From Mobula hypostoma (Eukaryota), in the NCBI RefSeq assembly GCF_963921235.1, contig NC_086105.1:104780001-104844000 (forward strand): 64,000 nucleotides of DNA, read 5' to 3'. The position numbers and the translations under genes were made by a program. The notes under the pieces were generated by a model. It did no database searches, had not been told where the DNA came from, and saw only the letters and a list, made by a program, of their open reading frames with translations. Each line of letters starts with the position of its first letter. The stretch's first letter is position 1. This document shows positions 12,270 to 25,390 of the stretch, one piece after another.

Positions 12270-14520
12270 ATTGTTTTATGGCAGCAGTGCAGTACAATAC
12301 ATAAAAATACAATAAATTACATTAAGGTTATATGTATAAGTTAAATCAAGTAGTGCAAAAAGAGAGCAAACATAGTGAGGTAGTGTTGATGGGTTGTTTG
12401 ATTGTCCATTCACAAATCTGAGTGTTTCTTCAGACTCCGTACTTCCTTTCTAATGGTAGTAGTAATAAGAGCACATATCCTGGGTGGTCGGGGGTCCTTA
12501 ATGATGAATGCCACTTCTTTGAGGCATTGCCTTTTGAAGATGTTCTTGATGCTGGTGCCCACAATGAAGCTGTCTCAAGTCTGCAATCCTCTGCAGCTTT
12601 TTCCAAGCATGTACAGTGGCCCCTCCATTACTGATGGTGATGCAGCCAGTTGGAATGCTGTTTACCGATCATCTGTAGAAGTTTGCTGGGGTCATTGGTG
12701 ACGTCCTAAATCTCATCAAACTGCTAATGAAATGTAGCCACTAACATGCCTTCTCCATAATTATGTCAATATGTTGGGCCTAGGATAGATCTTCAAAGAT
12801 GTTGGCACCCAAGAATCTAGAGCTGCTCACCCTTTCCAGCGCTGATCCCTCGATGAGGAACAGTGTGTATTCCCTCAAGTTCCTCTTCCTGTAGTTCACA
12901 ATCAATTCCTTGATTTTACTGACATTGAGTGCAAGATTGTGACACAGTCAGCCAGCCAATGTATCTCACTCCTGTCCGCCTCCTCTTCACCATCTGAGAT
13001 TCTGCCAAATACAGTTGTCATCAGCAGATTTATAGAAGGTGTTTGAGCTGTGCGTAGACGCATAGTCGTGAGTATAGAGAGATAGAACAGCAGGCTTAGC
13101 ACTCATCCTTGAGGTGTGCCTGTATTTAATGTCAGTGAGGAGGAGATGTTATTACTGCTCCGCAACACTTAACTCCAGTCCTGATGAAGTCTAGTGCAGA
13201 GGGAGGCCCAGGTTTTGGAGCTTGGTGATTAGTTCTGAGGACGTGATGGTGTTGAACGATGAACAGTAATCAATAAACAGCAGCCTGTCATAGGTATTGT
13301 TGTTGTCCAGGTGGTCCAAGGCTGACTGGAGAGCCAGACCTGTTGTGGCAGTAGCCAAATTGCAGTGGGCAGGAGTTAATTCTAGCCATGATCAACCTCT
13401 GAAAGCACTTCATCACAGGAGATGTGAGTGGAACTGGGTGCTAGTTGTTGGGGAAGCTCACTCTGCTCTTGGGCACTGGTATGACTGTCACGCTTTTGAA
13501 GAGTTGGGCACCTCTGGCTGCAGCAATGAGAGATTGAAGATGTCCTTGAACAGTCCTGCCAGCTTAGATTTTCAGTGCCCTACCGCATACACTGTCAGGG
13601 CCTGATGCCTTGTGAGGGTCCACTCTCTTGAAAGATGCTCTGATGCTGGCTGTTAAGACTGAGATCATAGGGTTACCAAACACTGCAGGGATTTGCACAG
13701 GTGTTATTTTATTAACCACTTTCAGAACATGCAAAAAAGATATTGATCTTATCTGGGAGTAAAACATTACAGCCATTCATGATAAGTTTTGCTTTGTAGG
13801 AAATAATGGTCTGCAAATCCTGCCAGAGCTGATGTACATCCAGTTTTGTCAATTGGAATTGCTTTATCACTCTTGCAATAGCCTACTGTAGGTCGTACCT
13901 CTACTACTTGTAGAGTTTTGCATCACTGGTCTTGAATGCCACAGGCCTAGCCCTCAGCAGCCTGTACATCTCCTGATTCATCCATGGCTTCTGGTTTGGC
14001 TATGTCCGGAATGTTTTCAAAGGCTCACACTCATCCACGCAGGTCTTTGTGAATTTGGTGACAGCTGTGATATATTCATTCAGATTCAAAGATGAGTTCC
14101 TGAATATTGTGCAGGCTTCCAATTCGAAGCAGTCTCGTGCACACTCCTCCACCTCCCTTGACCATACCTTCATGATCCTCATGACTGCTGCTGTGGTCCT
14201 GTACGCTAGGAGTGCAAATACAGCCAGTTGGTAAGACTAGCCAAAGTGTGGACGTGGGCAGGCATGGGTGTAACAGTGGTCAAGTGTGTTGGTTTCTCTA
14301 ATGCCACAGGGGTTATGTTGGTGGTATTGATCAAGCTTGCATGGTTGAGATTTCCTCCAATGATCAGGAAGGCCTCAAGGTGCATGATTGCTAAACTTGG
14401 TGCTTAGCTCTTTCAGTGCTTGTCTGACGTTGGCCAGGCATGAAATGTACATCACTACCAGGATAACAGTGGAAAACTTACTTAGCAGATAAAATGGACA
14501 ACACTTGAGAGCTGATGTTC
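12270..14520 (-). mobile_element. Degenerate Rex1/Babar-type LINE
   Basis: Minus-strand remnants IRASFKRVDPHKASGPDSVCGRAL, CARDCFE...LNEYITAVTKF and ggcttctggtt (NQKPW). Confidence 0.75.
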
Positions 14521-14929
14521 CAGAATCTTACAAGATGACTTAAAAAACCTACTACTTTGTCTTTGTATCTCTTTTATGGCATGTAGTCTAATTTAGGGAA
14601 TTCTGTTGGGAAAATGGTGACACTGTCCAGGGCAAAGTTTTCCTTTAATTGGAGAGCTGATCAACTATTTATGTTCTACAGAACTGTGGCATCTTGCTAA
14701 AGCTTCTTTGGCAGTGTCCCTCAAAATATGAACTTCCACCTAAGAAAAACATTGCTCCCATTGCTTATGTCATGAAGACTTTATTGAATTCTTCGTAGCC
14801 ACTAAATTACTCCAGTAATGTAGAAATATAAATGTCTGTAGCTATATTCTCTTGTGTAGTTGAAGAAAGCTGCTCATCACCACCAAAATGAATATCTCAG
14901 GATGCTGGTATTCATTTATAAATAATAAT

Positions 14930-15518
14930 AAAACACATTTTAATTCCACATCCCATTCCCATTCTGACATGTCCATCCACGGCCTCCTCTACTGTAAAGA
15001 TGAAGCCACACTCAGGTTGGAGGAACAACACCTTATGTTCCGTCTGGGTAGCCTCCAACCTGATGGCATGAAAGTTGACTTCTCTAACTTCCGCTAATGC
15101 CCCACCTCCCCCTCGTACCCCATCCGTTACTTATTTTTATACACACATTCTTTCTCTCACTCTCCTTTTTCTCCCTCTGTCCCTCTGACTATACCCCTTT
15201 GCCCATCCTCTGGATCCCCCCCCCGTCTTTCTCCCCGGACCTCCTGTCCCATGATCCTCTCATATCCCCTTTGCCAATCACCTGCCCAGCTCTTGGCTCC
15301 ATCCCTCCCCCTCCTATCTTCTCCTATCATTTTGGATCTCCCCTTCCCCCTCCCACTTTCAAATCTCTTACTAACTCTTCCTTCAGTTAGACGAAGAGTC
15401 TCGGCCTGAAACGTCGACTGTACCTCTTCCTAGAGATGCTGCCTGGCCTGCTGCGTTCACCAGCAACTTTGATGTGTGTTGCTTAGATTTCCAGCATCTG
15501 CAGAATTCCTGTTGTTTG
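14930..15518 (+). mobile_element. Young 5'-truncated Penelope-like element (GIY-YIG C-terminus and terminal region)
   Basis: THFNSTSHSHSDMSIHGLLYCKDEATLRLEEQHL...FSNFR*. Nearly identical to 18956-19550 on the opposite strand. The hammerhead core has a 5-nt deletion. Confidence 0.9.
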
Positions 15519-18121
15519 GATTATCTGAACCAGGTTATTTCCATTATATTAATAATTTTGGAACAGGAAGGGGAAAACAATAAACTTCAGGGTATCCTCA
15601 GTATTTAAGTGGCACTATGGAATGTGTTAAAAGATTAATATCCCAAACAATGGAAAAATGCAGCATTGTCTGATACTGCAGTGATGGTAGCACAACATTT
15701 GTGGTCAAATTCTGGGATTTGGCAAATGATCTAAGGCTTGCTTTAAACCTGAGCTGAAATTTATTACGTTACCAGATTTTTTTTATCATTGAGAGCTCTT
15801 TGGTACCTTCATTATGTGCAGTGATGGTTGTTGGTGATTAGGTTTATTTACGGTTCATGTTTGGAATATAACACGTGTCCTATGAATCCGAGCATTTATC
15901 TGAATTTTTAAGATATTGCTGCAGAAGCTTCTTGTAGCAGCGTTGAAAGCACAAACATCTTCCGTTACACTTCAATGACTTTTCCTCTATCATAATGTCA
16001 AAATAAGAATGGTTCCTGCTGGTTACAGAGTTCTGTTTCCTTAACTTTCCACCTGCTGATTGCTGGCAAAAAAAGTGCATTTGTATCTAAATTGACATTT
16101 GAAAGAAAAGCATCAAATAACTAATAACTAGAAGACTGAAGTAGAGCAAAGAAAATTCTGGAAAATGCTCTGCAAGTTTGCAGTATCTGGAAAGAGAAAC
16201 AGATAATGTTTCAGGTTGAAGACTGTTCATCGAAGCTGAGAAAGGCAAAGTTGGTCTTAAGCGATTTTTTTTTATTTCTTTTCTTTTTTTCCTCTCTTCC
16301 CCCCCCCCCGAGTTTGTGCAGATTTTCTCGTGTTCGTGAAAATCAGTTCAAATAGCAGAGAAGTGAAGGGGGAGGGGAATGATGATGGTATGGAGGGGCA
16401 ATGGATGGAGTGAATGAAATATCTGTAATAGGATGAAATAATGTTACCATTAGTCGGGCCTCTCACTGGGTCAAAATTCTGGAATGCCATCTAAGAGGCA
16501 ATGTGGCACTTCGTAGCAAAATATGCAAAAACTTAAGGTGACTCATCACTTGTAACGGGGCAGTTAGGTAGGGACACTAAATGTAGTGTTCTCAGCAAAT
16601 CCCATGACTCATAAATGAATTTAAAACTTATAGTTGAGTAGTGGAATTTTGCCAAGACATCGTGTAGGGTATGAAGCTCCTTCACCTATTTCTGGTAATT
16701 TGAGTCAAGCCAAAATAAGCTTGAAGGTAAAGCTGTATACTATCTCTGCATGGTTAGTTGCTGAAAGTCTGCTAAGTAAAGCAAACATGTAAAAGAAATA
16801 TAAATTGGTTATAAAATGGGTTCGATATGAAGATTAATTTTGCAGTGTTTTATTGAGGGAGTAATTGAATTTCAGGATGTCCATAAATATGTTAGTTCCC
16901 TTTGAGGAGGAAAATCATTTTTATTTTATTCAATAGCATAACTTAACAAAGATTCCTGCAAAGCTAATTTATTAAAAATGTCATTACACACGCAGGAAAT
17001 TTTGCTTTGCCGCATAAATGACTAGTAGGCAGTTGACAGTTTATTTGTATGTAATTTTTCCACAGCTACTCACAGATGAAAACTAATGACTGACTTTGAT
17101 GTTTTCTTTCCATTACTTTCAGACCACCACAACCACTTGTTTATTAGTAAAGACAATTGCTTAAGGTGATACAGAAATTTTCCCATGGCAAGAGGATGTC
17201 AATGTTTCAAACTTTTATCAGTGAAAGGCATTCAAAGATGTTTGAAGGTTCATTTATTATCAAAGCATGTACAACTCTAAAATTTGTATTCTCCAGATAG
17301 CCAGGAAACAAAGAAATAACATGAAAGTAATTCAGAGAGAAACAACAAACCCACCCCCCTGTGCAAAAAAGAATTGCATCCTGATCATCAACCCTCCAAA
17401 ACCTCCCTCAGCCCCCACAGAACAGGAACATTGAACCCCCCCAAAAAAAACCCCTCCCCTGCACAAAATACCAATAGAACATTGACCCTCAAACACCCTC
17501 CTCTCACACAACAAATGGAAAATCAAATGGGTGATTTAACAAAAGGTGCAGTATATAAAAACCATAGGTCTGAGAAAGTCCACAGTCCATAAATGAAATA
17601 GTCCAATGCATAAGTGCAGAGCCACATACCATCCTATGCTATTGCCGACAGTCACCGAAAGAGATGGACACCACACGAGGCAAGGCCTACCCGCCTGCCA
17701 CAGCGAGCCACAGAGGAATAGAACACTCACAGATTCCTCCTCTGGCACCGATCAAAAGGCAGGCAGTTGGCGCTGAAACTTTTTGCTCATTATAGGTGAT
17801 GGAAATTGTCTTATGATGTACTTGTTAGCATAGTGCATCAATTGGAATCTGATTATATGTGATACAAATGATAATCAAATAATTGTTACAGCAAGGTCAG
17901 TTGCTATGATGGCTTCAAGTGGAGAAATCCCATTGCGCCCATTTTATTCCCACACTTTTTTTCCATTGTCCTTCAAATTGTTTACCCCACAAATATCTGT
18001 CTAACTTCTCTCTTGTAGAGCTTTGATTACAAAGGGTGATGGAAGTGGAGAGCAAGTTCCAAGTAAACTAGAGCCTTGAGTAAAGGAACTTCTCCTTTTA
18101 GCTCTTTGGTTGGAGGTGGGA

Positions 18122-18375
18122 AGGTAGCATAGTGGTTAGCAAAACGGTTTACGGTACAGGCAGCCCGGGTTCATTTCCCGGCACTGCCTGTAAGGAGTTT
18201 GTACATTCTCCCCATGGCCTTGTGGGTTTCCTCCGGTTTCCTCTGAGGGTCAGAAGACATAGGCTAATTGGTCATTGTAAATTGTCCTTTGAGTAGGTGA
18301 GTATTAAATTGAGGATTGCTAGGCGGCATGGTTCCAATGGCCAGAAGGGCCTACTCTGCTAAATCTCAGTAAATA
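18122..18375 (+). mobile_element. tRNA-derived SINE
   Basis: A box tagcatagtgg, B box-like ggttcatttcc, and the body ctgtaaggagtttgtacattctcccc...gggtttcctcc shared with the other SINEs here. Confidence 0.7.
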
Positions 18376-18955
18376 CATTTTAAATATATGTATCAGTCCA
18401 TGAACTGTTCAAATGGAAGTGACTTGCTTCTGCTTTTTCAGAAAAGATAAATATCTATTCTAATTTTCTGCACCTGCACCTCCTTTTACTCCACTGCAGT
18501 TGGAAGGTACTCTGGTACAATTTTCTGAGCCTTTTGTTTTCTTAATATTGACCCAGGATAAATTAGTACAAAATTGGTCTTCAGTGTAATTGTTTCTTAC
18601 TGCACTGCTGTACAGGCTTCAGCTAATTGCACTTGGAATGTTGCCTCTGAGGGAAAAATCAGTAGTGCGGTGCAAATTTCAGACTGCATTTCGATGTAGC
18701 TTGCAATATCTTTCAAAACTTGATGTAATGTTTTAGTGATAGTAACTGATTAGTATGGTTAATTCAACCTTGATTTACTTTGGGCTGGGTCAGATTACAC
18801 TTGAAACCATGTCAACAAGTTTATTTTGAAAAAGGAAATGAGACCAGCCATGTAAATTTATTTACTCTAAAAGGCAGAAATAGAAACTTGGTTGTTCACG
18901 TGCACGCTTTTTGAAAATGTCAGGGGAAATTGGTAGACTTGCAAGAAGTACACGA

Positions 18956-20412
18956 ACAACAGGAATTCTGCAGATGCTGGAAATTCAAGCAACACACATC
19001 AAAGTTGCTGGTGAACGCAGTAGGCCAGGCAGCATCTCCAGGAAGAGGTGCAGTCGACGTTTCAGGCCGAGATCCTTCGTCAGGACTAACTGAAGGAAGA
19101 GTGAGTAAGGAATTTGAAAGTTGGAGGGGGAGGGGGAGATCCAAAATGATAGGAGAAGATAGGAGGGGGAGGGATGGAGCCAAGAGCTGGACAGGTGATA
19201 GGCAAAAGGGATACGAGAGGATCATGGGACAGGAGGTCCGGGAAGAAAGACAAGGGGGGGGGAACCCAGAGGATGGGCAAGGGGTATATTCAGAGGGACA
19301 GAGGGAGAAAAAGGAGAGTGAGAGAAAGAATGTGTGTATAAAAATAAATAACGGATGGGGTACGAGGGGGAGGTGGGGCATTAGCGGAAGTTAGAGAAGT
19401 CGATGTTCATGCCATCAGGTTGGAGGCTACCCAGACGAAATATAAGGTGTTGTTCCTCCAACCTGAGTGTGGCTTCATCTTTACAGTAGAGGAGGCCGTG
19501 GATGGACATGTCAGAATGGGAATGGGATGTGGAATTAAAATGTGTGGTCACTGGGAGATCCTGCTTTCTCTGGCAGACAGAGCGTAGGTGTTCAGCAAAG
19601 CGGTCTCCCAGTCTGCGTCGGGTCTCGCCAATATATAAAAGGCCACATCGGGAGCACTGGACGCAGTATATCACCCCAGCCGACTCACAGGTGAAGTGTT
19701 GCCTCACCTGGAAGGACTGTTTTGGGGCCCTGAATGGTGGTAAGGGAGGAAGTGTAAGGGAATGTGTAACACTTGTCCCGCTTGCACGGATAAGTGCCAG
19801 GAGGGAGATCAGTGGGGAGGGATGGGGGGGACGAATGGACAAGGGAGTCGCGTAGGGAGCGATCCCTGCGGAATGCGGGGGGGGGGAGGGAAAGATGTGC
19901 TCAGTGGTGGGATCCTGTTGGAGGTGGCGGAAGTTACGGAGAATAATATGTTGGACCCGGAGGCTGGTGGGGTGGTAGGTGAGGACCAGGGGAACCTTAT
20001 TCCTAGTGGGGTGGCGGGAGGATGGAGTGAGAGCAGATGTACATGAAATGGGGGAGATGTGTTTAAGAGCAGAGTTGATAGTGGAGGAAGGGAAGCCCCT
20101 TTCTTTAAAAAAGGAAGACATCTCCCTCGTCCTAGAATGAAAAGCCTCATCCTGAGAGCAGATGCGGCGGAGACGGAGGAATTGCGAGAAGTGGATGGCG
20201 TTTTTGCAAGAGACAGGGTGAGAAGAGGAATAGTCCAGATAGCTGTGAGAGTCAGTAGGCTTATAGTAGACATCAGTGGATAAGCTGTCTCCAGAGACAG
20301 AGACAGAAAGATCTAGAAAGGGGAGGGAGGTGTCGGAAATGGACCAGGTAAACTTGAGGGCAGGGTGAAAGTTGGAGGCGAAGTTAATAAAGTCAACGAG
20401 CTCTGCATGCCC
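18956..20412 (-). mobile_element. Young 5'-truncated Penelope-like retroelement (RT C-terminus, linker, GIY-YIG, terminal region with hammerhead)
   Basis: ORF 19381-20466 has FHPALKFT...LPFLDL...YYKPTDSHSYL...SQFLRLRRICS and VIYCVQCSRCGLLYIGETRRRLGDRFAEH. 12-bp TSD agaagtacacga at 18944-18955 and 20413-20424. Confidence 0.95.
19051..19088 (-). ncRNA. Minimal type I hammerhead ribozyme (intact)
   Basis: Minus strand reads UAGUC-CUGACGA-AGG AUCUCGG CCU-GAAAC-GUC^-GACUG. All core nucleotides are present and stems I and II pair. Predicted cleavage between 19056 and 19055. Confidence 0.8.
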
Positions 20413-21008
20413 AGAAGTACACGAGATTGATGCTTTATAATTAGAAGCTTTGCTGAATGTTGTCATTATAAAAATTAAATGTCACACTTTATGAATTAAT
20501 GTAGTGGTGTAATGTAGAGTTGGCCCGGGCATGGTGGATTCACAGATGCTGTACATCTGGAAAGCCGTCAAGCATGTTTTGAGGAGAAGCAGGGAGTCTG
20601 AGTGCTCATGATTTTGACAGAAGAGTTAGAGTGAAACTTTGTATTTGTTTTCACTGATAGATAACATTGACTTCCTGTGCATGATAGCAGTTTCATATCA
20701 CGCAAAGGAAATCTGAATTGTTTTGCATACATCAACTTATGGAATGCACTGCCTGGTTAGAATTGAGAGCAGATATTATTGTAAAATTTGATAATTTTTC
20801 ATAAGATGCGGAGGTAAACATATGAAGTTTTAAAAAGGTGTAGAATATGTACTTAATGAAAATGGCCAACTAGGCTGGTCTCATTTCCTTTTTCAAAATA
20901 ATTTGAAAACACTGCCTTTTCCATTATGTTTCTTTGTGTGAACTGCTGTATGAAGTTTGAATAATTTCAGAATTGTGACTTTTGTTTATAAATCAAACAC
21001 AGGACACA

Positions 21009-21093
21009 ATGTCAGAAGAACCACCACCTCCATATCCTGGGGGACCTTCTGCTCCATTGCTGGAAGAGAAATCAGGACAACCACCATCAACAG
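21009..21093 (+). CDS. CDIP1: CDIP1 coding exon 1
   Basis: [28 protein letters not shown] closely matches the CDIP1 N-terminus. Acceptor cag at 21000-21002, donor ACAG|GTAAAG, 85 nt, phase 1. Confidence 0.95.
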
Positions 21094-21118
21094 GTAAAGA
21101 CCAAGTTCTAGCAAAGGC

Positions 21119-21255
21119 CGTAAGACATGGGAGCAGTATTAGGCCATTTGGCCCATCGAGTCTGCTCCGCCATTTCATCATTGCTGGTCCATTTGTCCTC
21201 TCAACCCCAATCTCCTGCCTTCTCCCCATATCCCTTCATTCCCTGACCAAGCAAG
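21119..21255 (-). mobile_element. CR1-type LINE 3' terminal fragment
   Basis: taagacatgggagcagtattaggccatttggcccatcgag..., the same end as at 21987 and 23138. Confidence 0.75.
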
Positions 21256-21986
21256 AGTTTTTCATATTATATACTTCCACTCGTATGTCAAAAAAATTAA
21301 ATATCTTGGAATAGTTCAGACTTTACGAAAAGAAATTTCAAAACTTTTTGAAGTGAAATGGGTATTTTTATCAGTTCTATTTCAGTGCTAGACTATGAAA
21401 ATGAATAGAATAGTTCATTTTAACTTTAACTTTAGTTCTAACTTTATTGATAATTAAAGTGGTTAGGTTAGAATGACACTTAAAATGAACTTTTTGAGCT
21501 TGTATTTTGCAATTTTATATTTAAATAACCACTAATCTTTATTCTTTTTTGCTCATAACCCACACTTTGTATTTGCTTGTTTTTACCATAACGCTGTATT
21601 GATCAGAAGAAGCAGTGGGAAAACAGAGTTGTTTGCTAGACAGCTGTCTCAAGTGAACCATATTCCAAGCAACTATCAAGAATCATACTATAATACTTTA
21701 AAAAGCTTAATTATAAAAACATTTTTTCTTGGGAAATAAAAGCACGCAAGTTAAGGTTTTGGATGAAATAAATAAGTAAACTGGCTTGTTAATTTTTTTC
21801 TAAACACTTTGTTCTGGGTGGAAATGCAGAAATAATAACTAGTTAAATGAAGTCACATCTTGAGTTTGAAAGCCTACATCATTCACAATAACGTGAATTT
21901 TACGTGGTGTAAGGACTTTACTTACACCAGGGGCTGTTTCACTTAAGGGTATGTTGAGGTCTTTGAAGTCAGTTCCTCAAAGAGCA

Positions 21987-22395
21987 TAAGACATAGGAGC
22001 AGAATTATGCCATTCAGCCCATCGAGTCTGCTCTGCTATTCCATCATGGCTGATCCTGGATCCCACTCAACCCCATACACCTGTCTTCTCGTCATATTCT
22101 TTGATGCCCTCACCGATCAGGAAACTATCAACTTTCACCTTAAATATGCTCACAGACTTGGCTTCCGCTGCAGTCTGGCAGAGCATTCCACAGATTTGCT
22201 ACTCTCTAGCTAAAAAAAAAATCCACATTACCTCTGTTCCAAAAGGTTGCCTCTTAATTTTTAGGTTATGCCCTCTAGTTCTGGATACCCCCACCATAGG
22301 AAATGTCCTCTCCACATCTGCTCTATCTAGTCCTTTTCAGCATTTGGTAAGTTTCAATGAGATCACACCTCTCCTGCATTCTTCTAAATTTCAGG
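21987..22395 (-). mobile_element. CR1-type LINE 3' fragment
   Basis: Same terminal sequence as 21119 and 23138, extending into the RT C-terminal region. Confidence 0.75.
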
Positions 22396-22608
22396 CATGG
22401 CAAACTGGAGCCACACAAAGATATAGGTAAGATTGGATCTAAAATGATCCAGGCAGTGATTTATTGATGATTTCAAAAGTAAGCAGCCTTAATTGAATAA
22501 TGTAAGATAGTTGGATGTTAAATAAAGAACTTCTGTTCGATAATTATTTGCTTTCTTGTTTAAATTATTTTTAAATTCATAATACAGAATTTTCCCCTCC
22601 CCTTTCAG

Positions 22609-22767
22609 GGTATATGTCACCTGCTGCTACTACTGCTACCACCATTCAACCTCAAGGGTATTCTATGCCACCTGATGGTGGACCACCTCCTTATGAGCCA
22701 ATGCCTCAACCGGGATTTGTGCCCCTTCACACACCTGCAGAAGGTGCCGTGCCAATGCAACCACATG
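22609..22767 (+). CDS. CDIP1: CDIP1 coding exon 2 (proline-rich)
   Basis: Acceptor ttcccctcccctttcag. Translation (G)YMSPAATTATTIQPQGYSMPPDGGPPPYEPMPQPGFVPLHTPAEGAVPMQPH with a PPPY motif. Donor CATG|GTAACT, 159 nt, phase 1-1. Confidence 0.9.
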
Positions 22768-22889
22768 GTAACTATCATTGATGTGATTCTGGAATTTGAG
22801 AGAATTGAGTGTGTTGTTGGTAATTTCCAATCTAATGAGATATGTGGTGAGGTAAAGTGAGATGAATGCGCTCTGCAATTGTAAACACA

Positions 22890-23135
22890 AGGGCTTCTGT
22901 AGGTGCTGGAACTCCAGAGTAACACACATCAAATGCAGAAGGGACTCAGCAGGTCAGTCAACATGGAGGGGAATAAACAATCGACGTTTTAGGCTGAGAC
23001 CTTTCATCAGGACTGGAAAGAAAGAGGGATGAAGCCAGAATAAGGTTGTGGGGGAAGGGGAAGGAGTGGGAGGGTTAAAATGAGAAGGTGGGAGGTAATT
23101 GGTGGGAAAGGTAAAGTGCTGAAGGAGGAACTTCA
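22890..23135 (-). mobile_element. Penelope-like terminal fragment with hammerhead carrying a GAAA to AAAA change
   Basis: Minus strand 22978-23015 reads CAGUC-CUGAUGA-AAGGUCUCAGCCU-AAAAC-GUC-GAUUG, followed by the tail. Confidence 0.75.
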
Positions 23136-23137
23136 TA

Positions 23138-24535
23138 AGACCGTAAGATACAGGAGCAGAATAGGGCCATTTGGCCCATCGAGCCTGCGCTGCCATTTCA
23201 TCATGACTGATCCAATTTTCCTCTCTGCCTCAATCTCCTGTCTTCTCCCTGTATCCCTTCATGCCCTGACCAATCAAGAATCTATTAACGCCTGCCTTAA
23301 ATATGCATAAAGACTTGCCCTCCACAGCTGCCTGACGCAACAAATTCCACAGATTCGCCCCTCTCTGGCTAAAGAAATTCCTCTTCATCTTCGTTCTAAA
23401 AGGATCCCCTTCTATTCTGATGCTGTGCCCACTGGTGTTAATCTCTCCCAGCATAGGAAACAACCTCTCCACATCCACTCTATCATGGCCTTTCACTATT
23501 TGATAGGTTTTAATGAGGTCGCCCTTATTCTTCTGAATTCTAGTAAATATTGGCCCAGAGCCATCTAATGCTCTTCATATGACAAGCCTGGAATCATTTT
23601 TGTGAACCTCCTTTGAACCTTCCCCAGTGTCAGCACATTTTTTTTCTAAGATAAGGGGCCCGAAACTACCCACAATACTCCAAGTGAGACCTCGCCAGTG
23701 CTTTATAAAGTCTCAACATTACATACTTGCTTTTATCATCTAGTCCCTTTGAGATGAATGCTAACATTGCACTTGGCTTCCTCACCACAGACTCAACCTG
23801 CAGATCAACCTTTAGGGAATCATGCACAAGGAGTCTCAAGTCCCTAAGCACCTAATTTTATTTTTTTGTATTTTCTCTCCATTTAGAAAATAGTCAATCC
23901 TTTCATTTCTTCTACCAAAGGTACATGACTAAACACTTCCTGACATTGTACTCTACCTGCCACTTCTTTGCCCATTCCCCTAATCTGTCTAAGTCCTTCT
24001 GTAGATTCTCTACTTCATCAAAACTACCTACTCCTCCGCCTATCTTCATATCGGCTGCAAACTTTGCATCAATTCCATCATCCAAATCGTTGACATATAA
24101 AGTAAAAAGAATTGGTCCAAACACAGACTCCTGTGAAACACCATTAGTCTCCAGCAGCCAAACAGAAAAGGCTCCCTTTGTTCCTATTCTTTGCCTCCTG
24201 CTAATCACCCACTGCTTTATCCATGCTAGCATCTTTCTTGTAATACCATGAGTTTGTAGCTTGTTAAGCAGCCTCCTTGTCAAGGCCTTCTGAAAATCCA
24301 AGTGCAAAACATCTCCTCTATCCATCCTGCGTGTTATTTCTTCAAAGAATTCCAACAGATTTGTCAGGCAAGATTTTCCTTGGTGGAAACCATGCTGGTT
24401 ATGGCCTACTTTATCATGTTCCTCCAAGTACTCTTAAGACCTCGTCTTTCAGAATCGACTCCAACATCTCTCCAACCACCAAGGTCAGACTAACTGGCCT
24501 ATAGTTTCCTTTCTTGTGGAGTGACATTTGCAGTC
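23138..24535 (-). mobile_element. CR1 LINE RT 3' half
   Basis: NQHGFHQGKSCLTNLLEFFEE...LDFQKA...GVSQESVFGP...KFAADMK...WQVEYN, LYKALARSHLEYC and FFSQRGANLWN. Confidence 0.9.
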
Positions 24536-24549
24536 CTCCTCTCTGATAG

Positions 24550-25390
24550 GAAATGAGACTCAACATTGGAGAAAGGGGAGGAGGAGAGATGTCAGAGAGA
24601 GGTGATGGGTCGGTGAGAAGGGAAAAGGTAAGAAGGGAGCCAGAATAGGATTGGGGAAAATAGGATGAAGAGGAGAGAAATTACTGGAAGTTGGAGAAAT
24701 CATGGCAGTAGAGAAGCTGAGGGTCTGACATGTTGGAACAGGAAGCAGAGTTAAAATGGATGGTCACTGGGAAATCCAGCCTGTTGTGGCAGACAAAAAG
24801 TGTTGCCTCGCTTGGAAGGACTTTTTGGGGCCCTGAATGGGTTGGTGAGGGAGGTGGTGAAGGGGCAGGTACCGCATTTGTCTGCCACAACAGGTGGTCC
24901 ATGGCCACCTCTATTGCCGCCACGAGGCCACTGTCAGGTTAAAGGAGCAACACCTAATATTTTGTCTGGGTAACCTCCAACCTGATGGCATGAACATTGA
25001 TTTTTCTAACTTTCGGTAATTTTGCTCTCTGTTCACTCCTCCGCCCCTGCCGTCCCCCTTCTCACCTGCCCAGCACCTTCCTCTGAGTCCCTCCTCTTTT
25101 CTTTTCTTCCATGGTCCCCTCTCCTTTCCTACCAGGTTCTTGCTTCAGCCCTTTAGCTTTTCCACATTTCACCTCCTAATTTCTCACATTGCCCCACCTT
25201 CATGCTCATCTGGCTTCATCTATCACTTGCCAACTTTTGGCCCTCCAAACCCACTTTCTTTATTCTGGCTCCTTACCCCTTCCTTTCCATTTCTGATGAA
25301 GAGTCTTGGCCTGAAGCATCAAATGTTTGTTCCCCTCTGTAGATATTGCCTGACCTGAGTTCCTCCAGCTTTTTTTCTGTGATGCTCTGC
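24550..25390. mobile_element. Degenerate Penelope-like element with inverted arms
   Basis: GIY-YIG C-terminus on - (24680-24870), then on + (24870-25020), plus a tail with a degenerate hammerhead at about 25288-25325. Confidence 0.75.

Noticed and set aside
20982-21314. 110-aa ORF as a single-exon gene
   Set aside because: Only 21009-21093 is CDIP1 coding; the rest reads through the donor into a CR1 tail.
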